64,000 nt of DNA from positions 10,005-74,004 of the forward strand of contig JANJTP010000019.1 of assembly GCA_024711025.1 (NCBI GenBank), in the 5' to 3' direction. Below, piece by piece: positions 44,089 to 52,624 of the stretch. Each line of letters starts with the position of its first letter. Within the stretch, counting starts at the first letter, position 1. The position numbers and the translations under genes were made by a program. Origin of the DNA: Solirubrobacteraceae bacterium. Lineage in GTDB: Bacteria; Actinomycetota; Thermoleophilia; Solirubrobacterales; Solirubrobacteraceae. Below the pieces are notes generated by a model, which saw only the letters and a program-made list of their open reading frames with translations, had not been told where the DNA came from and did not search any database.

Positions 44089-45752
44089 GCGCGCTCAGGC
44101 TCGAGCGCTTCTCGTACACCTACCCGGGTGCCGAGACGCCGGCGCTGCGCGACGTGAGCCTCGTAGTCGAGCCCGGGGAGTTCGTCGTCCTCGCGGGGCT
44201 GTCGGCCTCGGGCAAGTCGACGCTGATCCGTGCCGGCTGCGGACTCGTCCCGCACTTCCACGGCGGCACGGCCTCGGGGCGAGTGACGTGCGTCGGCCTC
44301 GACACGCGTGAGCACGGCCCCGGCGATCTGGCGAGAGCCTGCGGCACGCTGCTGCAGGATCCCGAGACGCAGGTCGTCATGGGGACCGTCCGCGCGGAGA
44401 TCGCGTTCCCGCTCGAGAACGCCGGCCTGCGCGCGGCGGCGGTCGCGCGCGGGGTCGAGGAGGCGGCGCTCGCCCTCGGAGTGGCCGACCTGCTCGACCG
44501 CTCGACGCGCGAGCTGTCGGGCGGCGAGCTTCAGCGGGTCGCGCTCGCGGCCGCGCTCGCCGCGCGACCGGCGCTCGTGCTGCTCGACGAGCCGACGTCG
44601 CAGCTCGACCCGGTCGCGGGCGACGAGCTGATCTGGCTGCTGAGGCGGCTCAACGAGGAGTGGGGCACCGCCGTCGTGCTCGCCGAGCACCGCCTGGAGC
44701 GCTGCCTGGCGCATGCCGACCGGGCGATCGTGCTCGAGGACGGCGCCCTCGTCTGCGACGGCCCGCCGCGGGCGATGCTCGAGTGGGCCGCCGACCGGGC
44801 TCCGGCGCTGCAGACGCCGGCGGCCAGGCTGTTCGCCCACGCCGGGCTGCGCCCCGCGCCGGCGGGCGTCAAGGAGGCCCGCGCGACGCTCCGCGCTCAC
44901 GGCCTGCTGGACGGCGCGGCCGGCCCGGACGGCGCCGGCTCCGCCGGCGACCCGGAGGCCGGGGACGCCGGCGCGCCGCGCGCGACCGGCGCCTGGCGCC
45001 GGCTGACGGGTCGAGGCGATCGGATTCCCACGGCGCTGCGTGCCCGCGGGCTGTGGCACGAGCTGACCGCCGGACGCGCGATCCTGCGCGGCGTCGACCT
45101 GCGCCTGCGGCCCGGCGAGCGGGTCGCGCTGATGGGCCGCAACGGCGCCGGCAAGTCGACGCTGCTGCGCCACCTGGCGGGTCTGCAGGAGCCGACCCGC
45201 GGACGCGTCGAGTCCGCGGGGCGCGTCGCGCTGCTGCTCCAGCACCCGGGCGACTACCTGCTGCACGAGCGGGTCGCCGACGAGGCCTCGTCCGCGGCGC
45301 TTGCCGCGGTCGGGCTCACCGGGCTCGACGAGCGCCACCCACGCGACCTGTCGGGCGGTCAGCGCCAGCGGCTCGCCCTGGCCGTCGTCCTCGGCGACGG
45401 TGACGAGCGGCCCGCGGCGCTGCTGCTCGACGAGCCGACCCGCGGGATGGACCGCGCGGCCAAGGGCGACCTTGCGCGGCGACTGCGGGCGATCGGCGCG
45501 CAGGGGACGGCGGTGCTCGTCGCCACGCACGACGCCGAGTTCGCCGCGGCGCTCGCCGAGCGCGTCGTGCTGCTCGCCGACGGGCGGCCGATCGCCGACG
45601 CCCCGGCGCGCGAGGTCCTGGCCGGCGGCTGGCACTTCGCCACCGAGACGGCGCGGATCCTCGGCGGCCGGCCCGCCGCCCGCCCCGCCCTTGTCGCAGA
45701 GGAGGGCGGGGACCTGCTCCGCGCCCGGATGACCGTGGAGGCAACGCCATGA
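44085..45752 (+). CDS. fused duplicated ECF/ABC ATPase (EcfA-EcfA', CbiO-like)
   Basis: In-frame part of ORF 43176..45752(+) from GTG 44085 (GTGA overlap). There are two complete cassettes. Cassette 1: Walker A GLSASGKST, signature LSGGELQ, Walker B LLDEPTS. Cassette 2: Walker A GRNGAGKST, signature LSGGQRQ, Walker B LLLDEPTRG. Confidence 0.9.
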   Translation: MSALRLERFSYTYPGAETPALRDVSLVVEPGEFVVLAGLSASGKSTLIRAGCGLVPHFHGGTASGRVTCVGLDTREHGPGDLARACGTLLQDPETQVVMGTVRAEIAFPLENAGLRAAAVARGVEEAALALGVADLLDRSTRELSGGELQRVALAAALAARPALVLLDEPTSQLDPVAGDELIWLLRRLNEEWGTAVVLAEHRLERCLAHADRAIVLEDGALVCDGPPRAMLEWAADRAPALQTPAARLFAHAGLRPAPAGVKEARATLRAHGLLDGAAGPDGAGSAGDPEAGDAGAPRATGAWRRLTGRGDRIPTALRARGLWHELTAGRAILRGVDLRLRPGERVALMGRNGAGKSTLLRHLAGLQEPTRGRVESAGRVALLLQHPGDYLLHERVADEASSAALAAVGLTGLDERHPRDLSGGQRQRLALAVVLGDGDERPAALLLDEPTRGMDRAAKGDLARRLRAIGAQGTAVLVATHDAEFAAALAERVVLLADGRPIADAPAREVLAGGWHFATETARILGGRPAARPALVAEEGGDLLRARMTVEATP

Positions 45753-47335
45753 GCTGGGAGCTCGCTTCGCTGATCGTCCTGGCGACCGCGCTCGTCGCCG
45801 GCTTCGGCTGGTACGAGCGAGCCCACCCCGGCTCGCGGATGCTGGCGCTGGTGGCGACGCTCGCCGCGCTCGCGGCGCTCGGGCGGATCGCGTTCGCGCC
45901 GCTGCCGAACGTCAAGCCGACGACGGACATCGTCGTCATCGCGGGCGTCGCGCTCGGCGGCGCTCCCGGCTTCGTCGTCGGCGCGGTCGCGGCGCTCGCC
46001 TCGAACGTGCTGTTCGGACAGGGGCCGTGGACCCCGTGGCAGATGGTCGCCTGGGGCCTGTGCGGGCTGCTCGGTGCGGTGGTCGGACGGATCGCCGGCC
46101 GCTCGCTCGGGCGCCTGCCGCTCGCGGTGCTGTGCGGCGCGGCCGGCCTGGCGTTCGGGGCGATCATGGACGCCTCGATGTGGGCGACGTACAGCGGCGA
46201 GCAGACGCTCGGCCAGTACCTGGCGATCAGCGGCACGTCGTTGCCGTTCAACCTCGCGCACGCCGTCGGGAACGTCGTCTTCGCGCTTGCGTTCGGGCCG
46301 GTGCTGCTGCGCGCGCTCTTGCGCTACCGCGTACGCCTGACACACACCTGGCTCGACGCCCCGGCGCCGGTGAGCGGCCCCGTCGCGACCGGCGGCGTCG
46401 GGACGGCGGCGCTGGCGGCGCTCTTGGCGCTGGCGCTGGCCGGCGGCGCCCTGCTCGCGACGGCGCCGCCGGCGAGCGCGGCCGCGAGCCCCGCGCAGCG
46501 CGCGGCGACGTACCTGGCGCGTGCGCAGAACGCCGACGGTGGCTGGGGCGCCGTCCCGCGGGCGCGCACGAGCGCGGCGCAGACCTCGTGGACCGTCGTC
46601 GGCCTCGCCGCCGCCGGCTACGACCCGTTGCGCGTGCGAACGCGGGGCCGCACGCCGCTCGCGCTGCTGCGCTCGTACGCGTCGCGCTCGCGCGCCACCG
46701 CCGACCTTCAGCGCACCGCGATCGCGCTGGCCGCGGTCGGCCTGACCGTGCCTCGGGACCTGCGGGCGCGGCTGCGCGCCGACCAGCGGCGCGACGGCTC
46801 GTGGGACGGGCTCGTGAACCTGACCTCGTTCGGGATCATCGCCCTGCGCGCAAGCGGCAGCTCGACGAGCGACGGCGCGGTGCGCCGCGCTCGCTCGTGG
46901 CTGGCGCGCCGACAGAGCCGCGACGGGGGCTTCAACTTCGCCGGCGCCGGGCGCAGCGGAATCGACGACACCGCCGCCGCCGTGCAGGCGCTCGTCGCGT
47001 CGGGGCTGCGGCGCTCGCGCGCGGTACGTCGTGCGGCTGCCTGGATCGCCGCACGGCAGAACCCCGACGGGGGCTTCGCGCTGACGCCCCCGGGCTCGTC
47101 CAACGCCCAGTCGACGGCCTATGCGGTCCAGGCGCTCGTCGCCGCCGGGCGCGACCCCGACCGCGTGCGCCGGCCGGGGTCGCGGACGCCGCTCGCTTAC
47201 CTGCGCTCGCTGCAGCAGTCGAGCGGGCTGGTGCGCTACAGCCGCACCAGCGCGCAGACGCCGATCTGGGTGACCTCGCAGGCGCTCGCGGCGTTCGCGC
47301 GGCGGCCGCTGCCGTTCCGGCTGAGGCGGCGCTGA
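45749..47335 (+). CDS. fusion protein: ECF S-component-like membrane domain + prenyltransferase/squalene-oxidase-repeat (alpha/alpha toroid) domain
   Basis: ORF 45749..47335(+) (ATGA overlap). The first ~200 aa are polytopic with an S-component-like pattern (PNVKPTTDIVVIAGVALGGAPGFVVGAVAALASNVLFGQGPWTPWQMVAWGLCG). Then comes a TM/linker and four Q..DGG(W/F) repeats (AQNADGGWG, DQRRDGSWD, RQSRDGGFN, RQNPDGGFA). Confidence 0.7.
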   Translation: MSWELASLIVLATALVAGFGWYERAHPGSRMLALVATLAALAALGRIAFAPLPNVKPTTDIVVIAGVALGGAPGFVVGAVAALASNVLFGQGPWTPWQMVAWGLCGLLGAVVGRIAGRSLGRLPLAVLCGAAGLAFGAIMDASMWATYSGEQTLGQYLAISGTSLPFNLAHAVGNVVFALAFGPVLLRALLRYRVRLTHTWLDAPAPVSGPVATGGVGTAALAALLALALAGGALLATAPPASAAASPAQRAATYLARAQNADGGWGAVPRARTSAAQTSWTVVGLAAAGYDPLRVRTRGRTPLALLRSYASRSRATADLQRTAIALAAVGLTVPRDLRARLRADQRRDGSWDGLVNLTSFGIIALRASGSSTSDGAVRRARSWLARRQSRDGGFNFAGAGRSGIDDTAAAVQALVASGLRRSRAVRRAAAWIAARQNPDGGFALTPPGSSNAQSTAYAVQALVAAGRDPDRVRRPGSRTPLAYLRSLQQSSGLVRYSRTSAQTPIWVTSQALAAFARRPLPFRLRRR

Positions 47336-47483
47336 CCCCGTCGCGAGCCGTCGCCGCAGCACGCCGCCGGGACCTGCGACAGCGCTCCTGCGGGCCTCCG
47401 GGGAGCTCCCGCGGCGGCTCGCCCGACGTGATGGTGGGGCAGGCGACGTGACATGTGTCACTTGGGCTAGCCTCCCGCGCCGG

Positions 47484-48635
47484 ATGCGACTCGCCGTTGT
47501 GAATCAAGCCGCCGGGAGCGAGCGTCGTGTGGCGCTCGTCCCCGATGCCGTGCGCAAGCTGACCGATCGTGGGATCGAGGTTCTCGTGGAGCAGGGAGCC
47601 GGTGCCGGCGCCCTGATCGACGACGCCGCCTTCGAGGAGGCCGGAGCCCTGATCTCGGGTGATCCCGCCGCCATCTGGGGCGCCGACGCGGTCGTCGTGA
47701 TCGGGCCGCCCGAGCCCGAGCAGATCGCGCGGATGCGCGCCGACGCGCTGCTCGTCGGCTTCCTCGCGCCGCTCTCCAGCGCGGCGACCGCGGCCGCGGC
47801 GCGCGACGCGCGGATCACCGCGCTCGCGATGGAGGCGGTTCCCCGGATCTCGCGCGCCCAGTCGATGGACGCACTCTCCAGCCAGGCGAACATCGCCGGC
47901 TACGAGGCCGTCCTGATCGCCGCGGAGCACCTGCCGCGCTACTTCCCGATGCTGACGACGGCGGCCGGCACGATCCCGCCGGCGCTCGTCCTGGTGCTCG
48001 GCGCGGGCGTCGCCGGGCTGCAGGCGCTGGCGACGGCCAAGCGCCTCGGTGCGAAGGCCACCGGCTACGACGTGCGACCCGAGGTCGCCGACCAGGTCAA
48101 GTCGCTCGGCGCGCAGTTCCTCGACCTCGGCGTCGAGGCCGTCGGCGAGGGCGGCTACGCGCGCGAGCTGACCGAAGAGGAGCGCGCCCGTCAGCAGCAG
48201 GCGCTCACGGACGCGATCAAGCGCTTCGACGTCGTCATCACGACGGCGCTCGTGCCTGGGCGTCCCGCTCCCAAGCTCGTCACCGCCGAGGCGGTCGAGG
48301 GCATGAAGCCGGGCTCGGTGATCGTCGACCTCGCCGGCGAGACCGGCGGCAACTGCGAGCTGACCGAGCCGGGCGAGGTCGCGGTCAAGCACGGCGTGAC
48401 GATCGTCTCGCCGCTCGACCTTCCCTCGCGCGTCGCTCAGAACGCCAGCCAGCTCTACGCGCGCAACGTCCAAGAGCTGCTCGCGCTCGTCATCCGTGAC
48501 GGCGAGGAGGGCGCTGCGCCGGTGCTCCAGCCCGATTTCGAGGACGAGGTCGTCGCCGGCGCCTGCATCGCGCGCGGCGGGGAGATCGTCCACCCAGGTG
48601 CGAAGGCCGCGGTCGAGGCGGCCGCGCAGGTCTAG
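47484..48635 (+). CDS. pntAA: NAD(P) transhydrogenase subunit alpha part 1 (dI)
   Basis: In-frame part of ORF 47448..48635(+) from ATG 47484. AlaDH/PNT N-terminal domain, NAD-binding VLGAGVAGLQALATAKRLGA, and MDALSSQANIAGY. Confidence 0.9.
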   Translation: MRLAVVNQAAGSERRVALVPDAVRKLTDRGIEVLVEQGAGAGALIDDAAFEEAGALISGDPAAIWGADAVVVIGPPEPEQIARMRADALLVGFLAPLSSAATAAAARDARITALAMEAVPRISRAQSMDALSSQANIAGYEAVLIAAEHLPRYFPMLTTAAGTIPPALVLVLGAGVAGLQALATAKRLGAKATGYDVRPEVADQVKSLGAQFLDLGVEAVGEGGYARELTEEERARQQQALTDAIKRFDVVITTALVPGRPAPKLVTAEAVEGMKPGSVIVDLAGETGGNCELTEPGEVAVKHGVTIVSPLDLPSRVAQNASQLYARNVQELLALVIRDGEEGAAPVLQPDFEDEVVAGACIARGGEIVHPGAKAAVEAAAQV

Positions 48636-48647
48636 GAGGTATTGCTC

Positions 48648-48995
48648 GTGCCGCTCGCCGTGCTCGACTTCGGGGTGTCCCCGTTCGTCGCCAACCTGAC
48701 GCTGCTCGTCGTGGCCGCGTTCCTCGGCTATGTCGTCATCTCGAAGGTCCCGAACACGCTGCACACGCCGCTGATGTCGGGCACCAACGCGATCCACGGG
48801 ATCGTCCTGCTCGGCGGGCTGATCGTGCTCGGCCTCGGTGAGGACCTCGGCGCGCTCGCGACGGTGATCCTGCTGATCGCCGTGGTGTTCGGCACGATCA
48901 ACGTGATCGGCGGCTTCCTGGTGACAGACCGGATGCTGGAGATGTTCAAGAGCCGGCCCAAGCCCGCCGGCGACAACACGGAGGACGCCCGGTGA
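48648..48995 (+). CDS. pntAB: NAD(P) transhydrogenase subunit alpha part 2 (membrane)
   Basis: ORF 48642..48995(+). GTG 48648 is preferred because AGGAGG at 48634-48639 is 8 nt upstream. Conserved TPLMSGTNAIHGIVLLGG and NVIGGFLVTDRML. Confidence 0.85.
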   Translation: MPLAVLDFGVSPFVANLTLLVVAAFLGYVVISKVPNTLHTPLMSGTNAIHGIVLLGGLIVLGLGEDLGALATVILLIAVVFGTINVIGGFLVTDRMLEMFKSRPKPAGDNTEDAR

Positions 48996-50419
48996 GCACG
49001 CCGCTCGCAGCATCCTGGGTCCAGGACCCGGACACGATCTCGATCCTCTACCTGATCGCGGTCTCCATGTTCGTCTACGGCCTGATGGGGCTGCGCGGAC
49101 CGCGGACCGCGGTGCGTGGCAACCGCGTCGCCGCCGTCGGCATGGCGATCGCGGTCGTCGCGACGTTCCTGCTGGAGGGCATGGGCAACTGGGCGCTGAT
49201 CGCCGCCGGCCTCGTCGTCGGCACGGTGATCGGCGTCCCGGCCGCGCGCCAGGTGAAGATGACCGCGATGCCGCAGATGGTGGCGCTGTTCAACGGCGTC
49301 GGCGGCGGCGCGGTGGCGCTGATCGCCTGGGCCGAGTTCATCGAGACGAGCGGCTACGAGGGTCTCGAGCTGACGTTCGTCATCCCGTCGCTGCTCGCCG
49401 CCATCATCGGCTCGATCTCCTTCTGGGGGTCCCTGATCGCATTCGGCAAGCTTCAGGAGGTGCTGCCCGGCCGGCCGATCGGCGCGGGCACGATGCAGCA
49501 GCCGCTCAACCTGCTGCTGCTGCTGGTGGCCGCCGGCGCCGCGGTCTGGATCGCCGCCGGCGGGGACGCCTGGTGGCTGATGGTGCTGGTGCTGGTCGCA
49601 GCGGCGCTGCTCGGGCTGTTCGTCGTGCTGCCGATCGGTGGCGCCGACATGCCGGTCGTGATCTCGCTGCTCAACGCCTTCACCGGCCTCTCGGCCGCCG
49701 CGATGGGCCTTGCGCTCTCGAACAGCGCGCTGATCGTCGCCGGCATGCTCGTCGGCGCATCCGGCACGATCCTCACTCGGCTGATGGCGGACGCGATGAA
49801 CCGCTCGATCCCGTCGATCGTCGCCGGGGGCTTCGGCGGCGGCGGCGGCGCGGTCGCCGGGGCGGTCGGTGCGGGCGAGCACGCCGGAACGGTGCGCTCG
49901 ACGAGCGCGGCGGACGCGGCGATCCAGATGGCCTACGCGCAGCAGGTCGTCGTCGTGCCCGGCTACGGCATGGCCGTCGCGCAGGCGCAGCACGCCGTGC
50001 GCGAGATGGCCGACGAGCTCGAACGCCGCGGCATCGACGTCAAGTACGCGATCCATCCCGTCGCCGGTCGCATGCCCGGCCACATGAACGTGCTGCTCGC
50101 CGAGGCCGACGTGCCATACGAGCAGCTCAAGGAGATGGACGAGATCAACGGCGAGTTCCCGCGTACCGACGTCGCGATCGTCATCGGCGCGAACGACGTC
50201 ACCAACCCGGCCGCGAACACCAACCCGCAGTCGCCGATCTACGGGATGCCGATCCTCAACGTGAACGAGGCTCGCGCCGTCATCGTCCTCAAGCGCTCGA
50301 TGAACACCGGCTTCGCCGGCATCGACAACGAGCTCTACTACGACCCGAAGACGGCGATGCTGTTCGGCGACGCGAAGGGATCGGTCGCCGAGATCACGAG
50401 CGAGCTGGCAGCGTTGTAG
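48992..50419 (+). CDS. pntB: NAD(P) transhydrogenase subunit beta
   Basis: ORF 48992..50419(+) with GTGA overlap. Membrane dII plus NADP(H)-binding dIII (VVVPGYGMAVAQAQH, AIHPVAGRMPGHMNVLLAEA, VIGANDVTNPAA). Confidence 0.95.
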   Translation: MSTPLAASWVQDPDTISILYLIAVSMFVYGLMGLRGPRTAVRGNRVAAVGMAIAVVATFLLEGMGNWALIAAGLVVGTVIGVPAARQVKMTAMPQMVALFNGVGGGAVALIAWAEFIETSGYEGLELTFVIPSLLAAIIGSISFWGSLIAFGKLQEVLPGRPIGAGTMQQPLNLLLLLVAAGAAVWIAAGGDAWWLMVLVLVAAALLGLFVVLPIGGADMPVVISLLNAFTGLSAAAMGLALSNSALIVAGMLVGASGTILTRLMADAMNRSIPSIVAGGFGGGGGAVAGAVGAGEHAGTVRSTSAADAAIQMAYAQQVVVVPGYGMAVAQAQHAVREMADELERRGIDVKYAIHPVAGRMPGHMNVLLAEADVPYEQLKEMDEINGEFPRTDVAIVIGANDVTNPAANTNPQSPIYGMPILNVNEARAVIVLKRSMNTGFAGIDNELYYDPKTAMLFGDAKGSVAEITSELAAL

Positions 50420-50451
50420 CGTTGGCCGGCGTTCCCTGGGAGATCGGCTGG

Positions 50452-50922
50452 GTGGGCGAGGGCCTTGCTCGGGGGGTCTTCTGCACGGGAACGCTGCCGG
50501 CGCTGCCGCCGGGCGTGATCCTGGCGCTGTTCGTCGTGATGGTGCCGGCGCTTCTCTTCGGTCTGGCCGGCCCCCCGGCGCGCCGGCCCCACCCGCTGGC
50601 CGGCCCCTTCCTCGTGGCCTCCGGCATCGCGATCGACTCCCTGGGGGCGGTGACGTTCGCGGTCGGGCTGCCGCGCCCCTCGCTGATGGCGCTCGGCCTC
50701 ATCGTGATCGCCGTCGCCGCCTGGATGCTGCGCGCGTCGCAGCCGGATGGCGGCGACGAGGAGGATGCCGGCGGTGGGCGATACCGCGGCCCCGATGCGC
50801 CGTGGAGCGGCCCGGGAGCCGGGGGGATCGCCTGGGACTGGGACGAGTTCGACCGGCTGCGCGAGGGCTGGCGGGCCGTCGGCGAGCAGCTGGACGTCAC
50901 CGTCGGCGGACCCCGCCTGTAG
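50452..50922 (+). CDS. hypothetical small membrane protein (weak call)
   Basis: 3' part of ORF 49573..50922(+) that lies beyond pntB. GTG 50452 was chosen arbitrarily among in-frame starts. Three hydrophobic helices and an acidic/Trp-rich tail (GIAWDWDEFDRLREGW). No homology recognised. Confidence 0.35.
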   Translation: MGEGLARGVFCTGTLPALPPGVILALFVVMVPALLFGLAGPPARRPHPLAGPFLVASGIAIDSLGAVTFAVGLPRPSLMALGLIVIAVAAWMLRASQPDGGDEEDAGGGRYRGPDAPWSGPGAGGIAWDWDEFDRLREGWRAVGEQLDVTVGGPRL

Positions 50923-50935
50923 CCTCCGCGGGGCG

Positions 50936-52624
50936 ATGATGCCCCGCTCCCAGGCCCTCGCGGCGCTCGCCCACGAGCAGTTCGACGTCGTCGTGGTGGG
51001 CGGCGGGATCACCGGGGCCGGTGTCGCGCTCGACGCGGCCGCGCGCGGGTTCTCGGTCGCGCTCGTCGAGCGCGGCGACTACGCCTCGGGCACGTCGAGT
51101 CGCTCGTCGAAGCTCGTCCACGGCGGCCTGCGCTACCTGCAGAGCTTCGACCTCGGCCTGGTGCGCGAGGCCCTGCTCGAGCGCCGGCTGATGGTGGAGC
51201 TCGCGCCGCACCTCGTCCGCCCGCTGGCGCTGCTCGTCCCCGCGTTCGACGGGCAGCGGCCGGATCGGATGATGGGCGCGGGGCTCAGCCTGTACGACGT
51301 CATGTCGGTGGACCGGCGCCGGGGCCGCAGGCGCCGGCACGACGAGGACGACGGCGACGGGGCGCTGCGCGACTGGTCGCCCGAGCGTCACCGGATCGTC
51401 GACGGCGAGGAGGTCGTGCGCCGCCTGCCCGCGCTCGCCGCGCGCCGTCCGACGGCGGGCTATCTCTTCTACGACTGCCAGACCGACGACGCGCGGCTCG
51501 TGCTGACGGTGCTCGGCGAAGCCGAGCGGTTCGGCGCGGTCTGCGCCAATCGCCTCGAGGTGACCGAGCTCGTCGAGCGCGGAGGGCGGGCGAGCGGCGT
51601 GCGCGTGCGCGACGGGGAGAGCGGCGAGCGGCTCGACGTGCGGGCGGCGAGCGTCGTCAACGCGACCGGCGTGTGGGCCGACCGGCTGCGCCCGGAGGAG
51701 CTGCACGACGAGGCCGAGCTGCCGCGGATCCGCCCGAGCCGCGGCACCCACATCACCCTGCCGCGCGAGCTGCTGGAGCTGAACGACGGCGCCGTCGTGC
51801 CGGCGGGGGAGGGGCGCTCGATCTTCGCGCTCCCGTGGCTCGGCGCGACGCTGATCGGCACGACCGACGACGACCACGACGGCGCGCTGGATCACGTCAG
51901 GCCGCAGGCGAGCGACATCGCCTATCTGCTGGCGGCGACCAACGCGTATTTCGCCACGGACCTCGGTCCCTCCGACCTCAGCGGCGCCTTCGCCGGCGTG
52001 CGACCGCTGATCTCGACCGGCGACGCGCGCAGGTCGGTCGACATCTCGCGCAAGGCCGAGCTCTACGAGACGAGCAGCGGCATGATCACGATCACGGGCG
52101 GAAAGCTCACGACGTGGCGGCGGATGGCGAAGCTGGTCGTCGACCGGCTCGTCGAGCGGGAGGCCCGCGACGCGCCGTGCCGCACCCACGAGATCCCGCT
52201 CGGCCAGCCGGTCCCGCCGGAGGAGCTCCCGCGTGTCTCGGGCGTCGCCGAAGCCGCATACGGGCATCTCGCCGGGCGCTACGGCCACGTGGCCCGCGAC
52301 GTCGTCGCGCTCGCGGCGCAGGCGCCGGCGCTGGCGGCGCCGATCGTCGCGGGACCGCAGCCGGACCTGCTCGCCGAGGCGGTTCAGGCAGCCCGTCGCG
52401 AGCAGGCGCGCAGCGTCGGCGACGTGCTGCTGCGGCGTACGCGCCTCGGGCTGCTCGCCGCACCGGCGCTGACGCGCGACGACGCCGTCGCGCTGCGCGT
52501 CGCTCGTGCGATGGCGCCGGAGCTGGGCTGGGACGCCGCGCGCACCCGGCGAGCCGCAGCCGACTTCCTCGACGAGGCGGCGGCCGAGGGGATCGCGCCG
52601 CAGGCCGCGAGCGTGGCGGCGTGA
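50936..52624 (+). CDS. glpD: FAD-dependent glycerol-3-phosphate dehydrogenase
   Basis: In-frame part of ORF 50747..52624(+) from ATG 50936. DVVVVGGGITGAGVALDAAARG, ASGTSSRSSKLVHGGLRY, GGKLTTWR, and the C-terminal alpha-helical GlpD domain. Confidence 0.9.
   Translation: MMPRSQALAALAHEQFDVVVVGGGITGAGVALDAAARGFSVALVERGDYASGTSSRSSKLVHGGLRYLQSFDLGLVREALLERRLMVELAPHLVRPLALLVPAFDGQRPDRMMGAGLSLYDVMSVDRRRGRRRRHDEDDGDGALRDWSPERHRIVDGEEVVRRLPALAARRPTAGYLFYDCQTDDARLVLTVLGEAERFGAVCANRLEVTELVERGGRASGVRVRDGESGERLDVRAASVVNATGVWADRLRPEELHDEAELPRIRPSRGTHITLPRELLELNDGAVVPAGEGRSIFALPWLGATLIGTTDDDHDGALDHVRPQASDIAYLLAATNAYFATDLGPSDLSGAFAGVRPLISTGDARRSVDISRKAELYETSSGMITITGGKLTTWRRMAKLVVDRLVEREARDAPCRTHEIPLGQPVPPEELPRVSGVAEAAYGHLAGRYGHVARDVVALAAQAPALAAPIVAGPQPDLLAEAVQAARREQARSVGDVLLRRTRLGLLAAPALTRDDAVALRVARAMAPELGWDAARTRRAAADFLDEAAAEGIAPQAASVAA

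Noticed and set aside
46932-49013. 693-aa minus-strand ORF
   Set aside because: It is antisense to the pntAA/pntAB genes and the end of the S-component gene. No motif was found.
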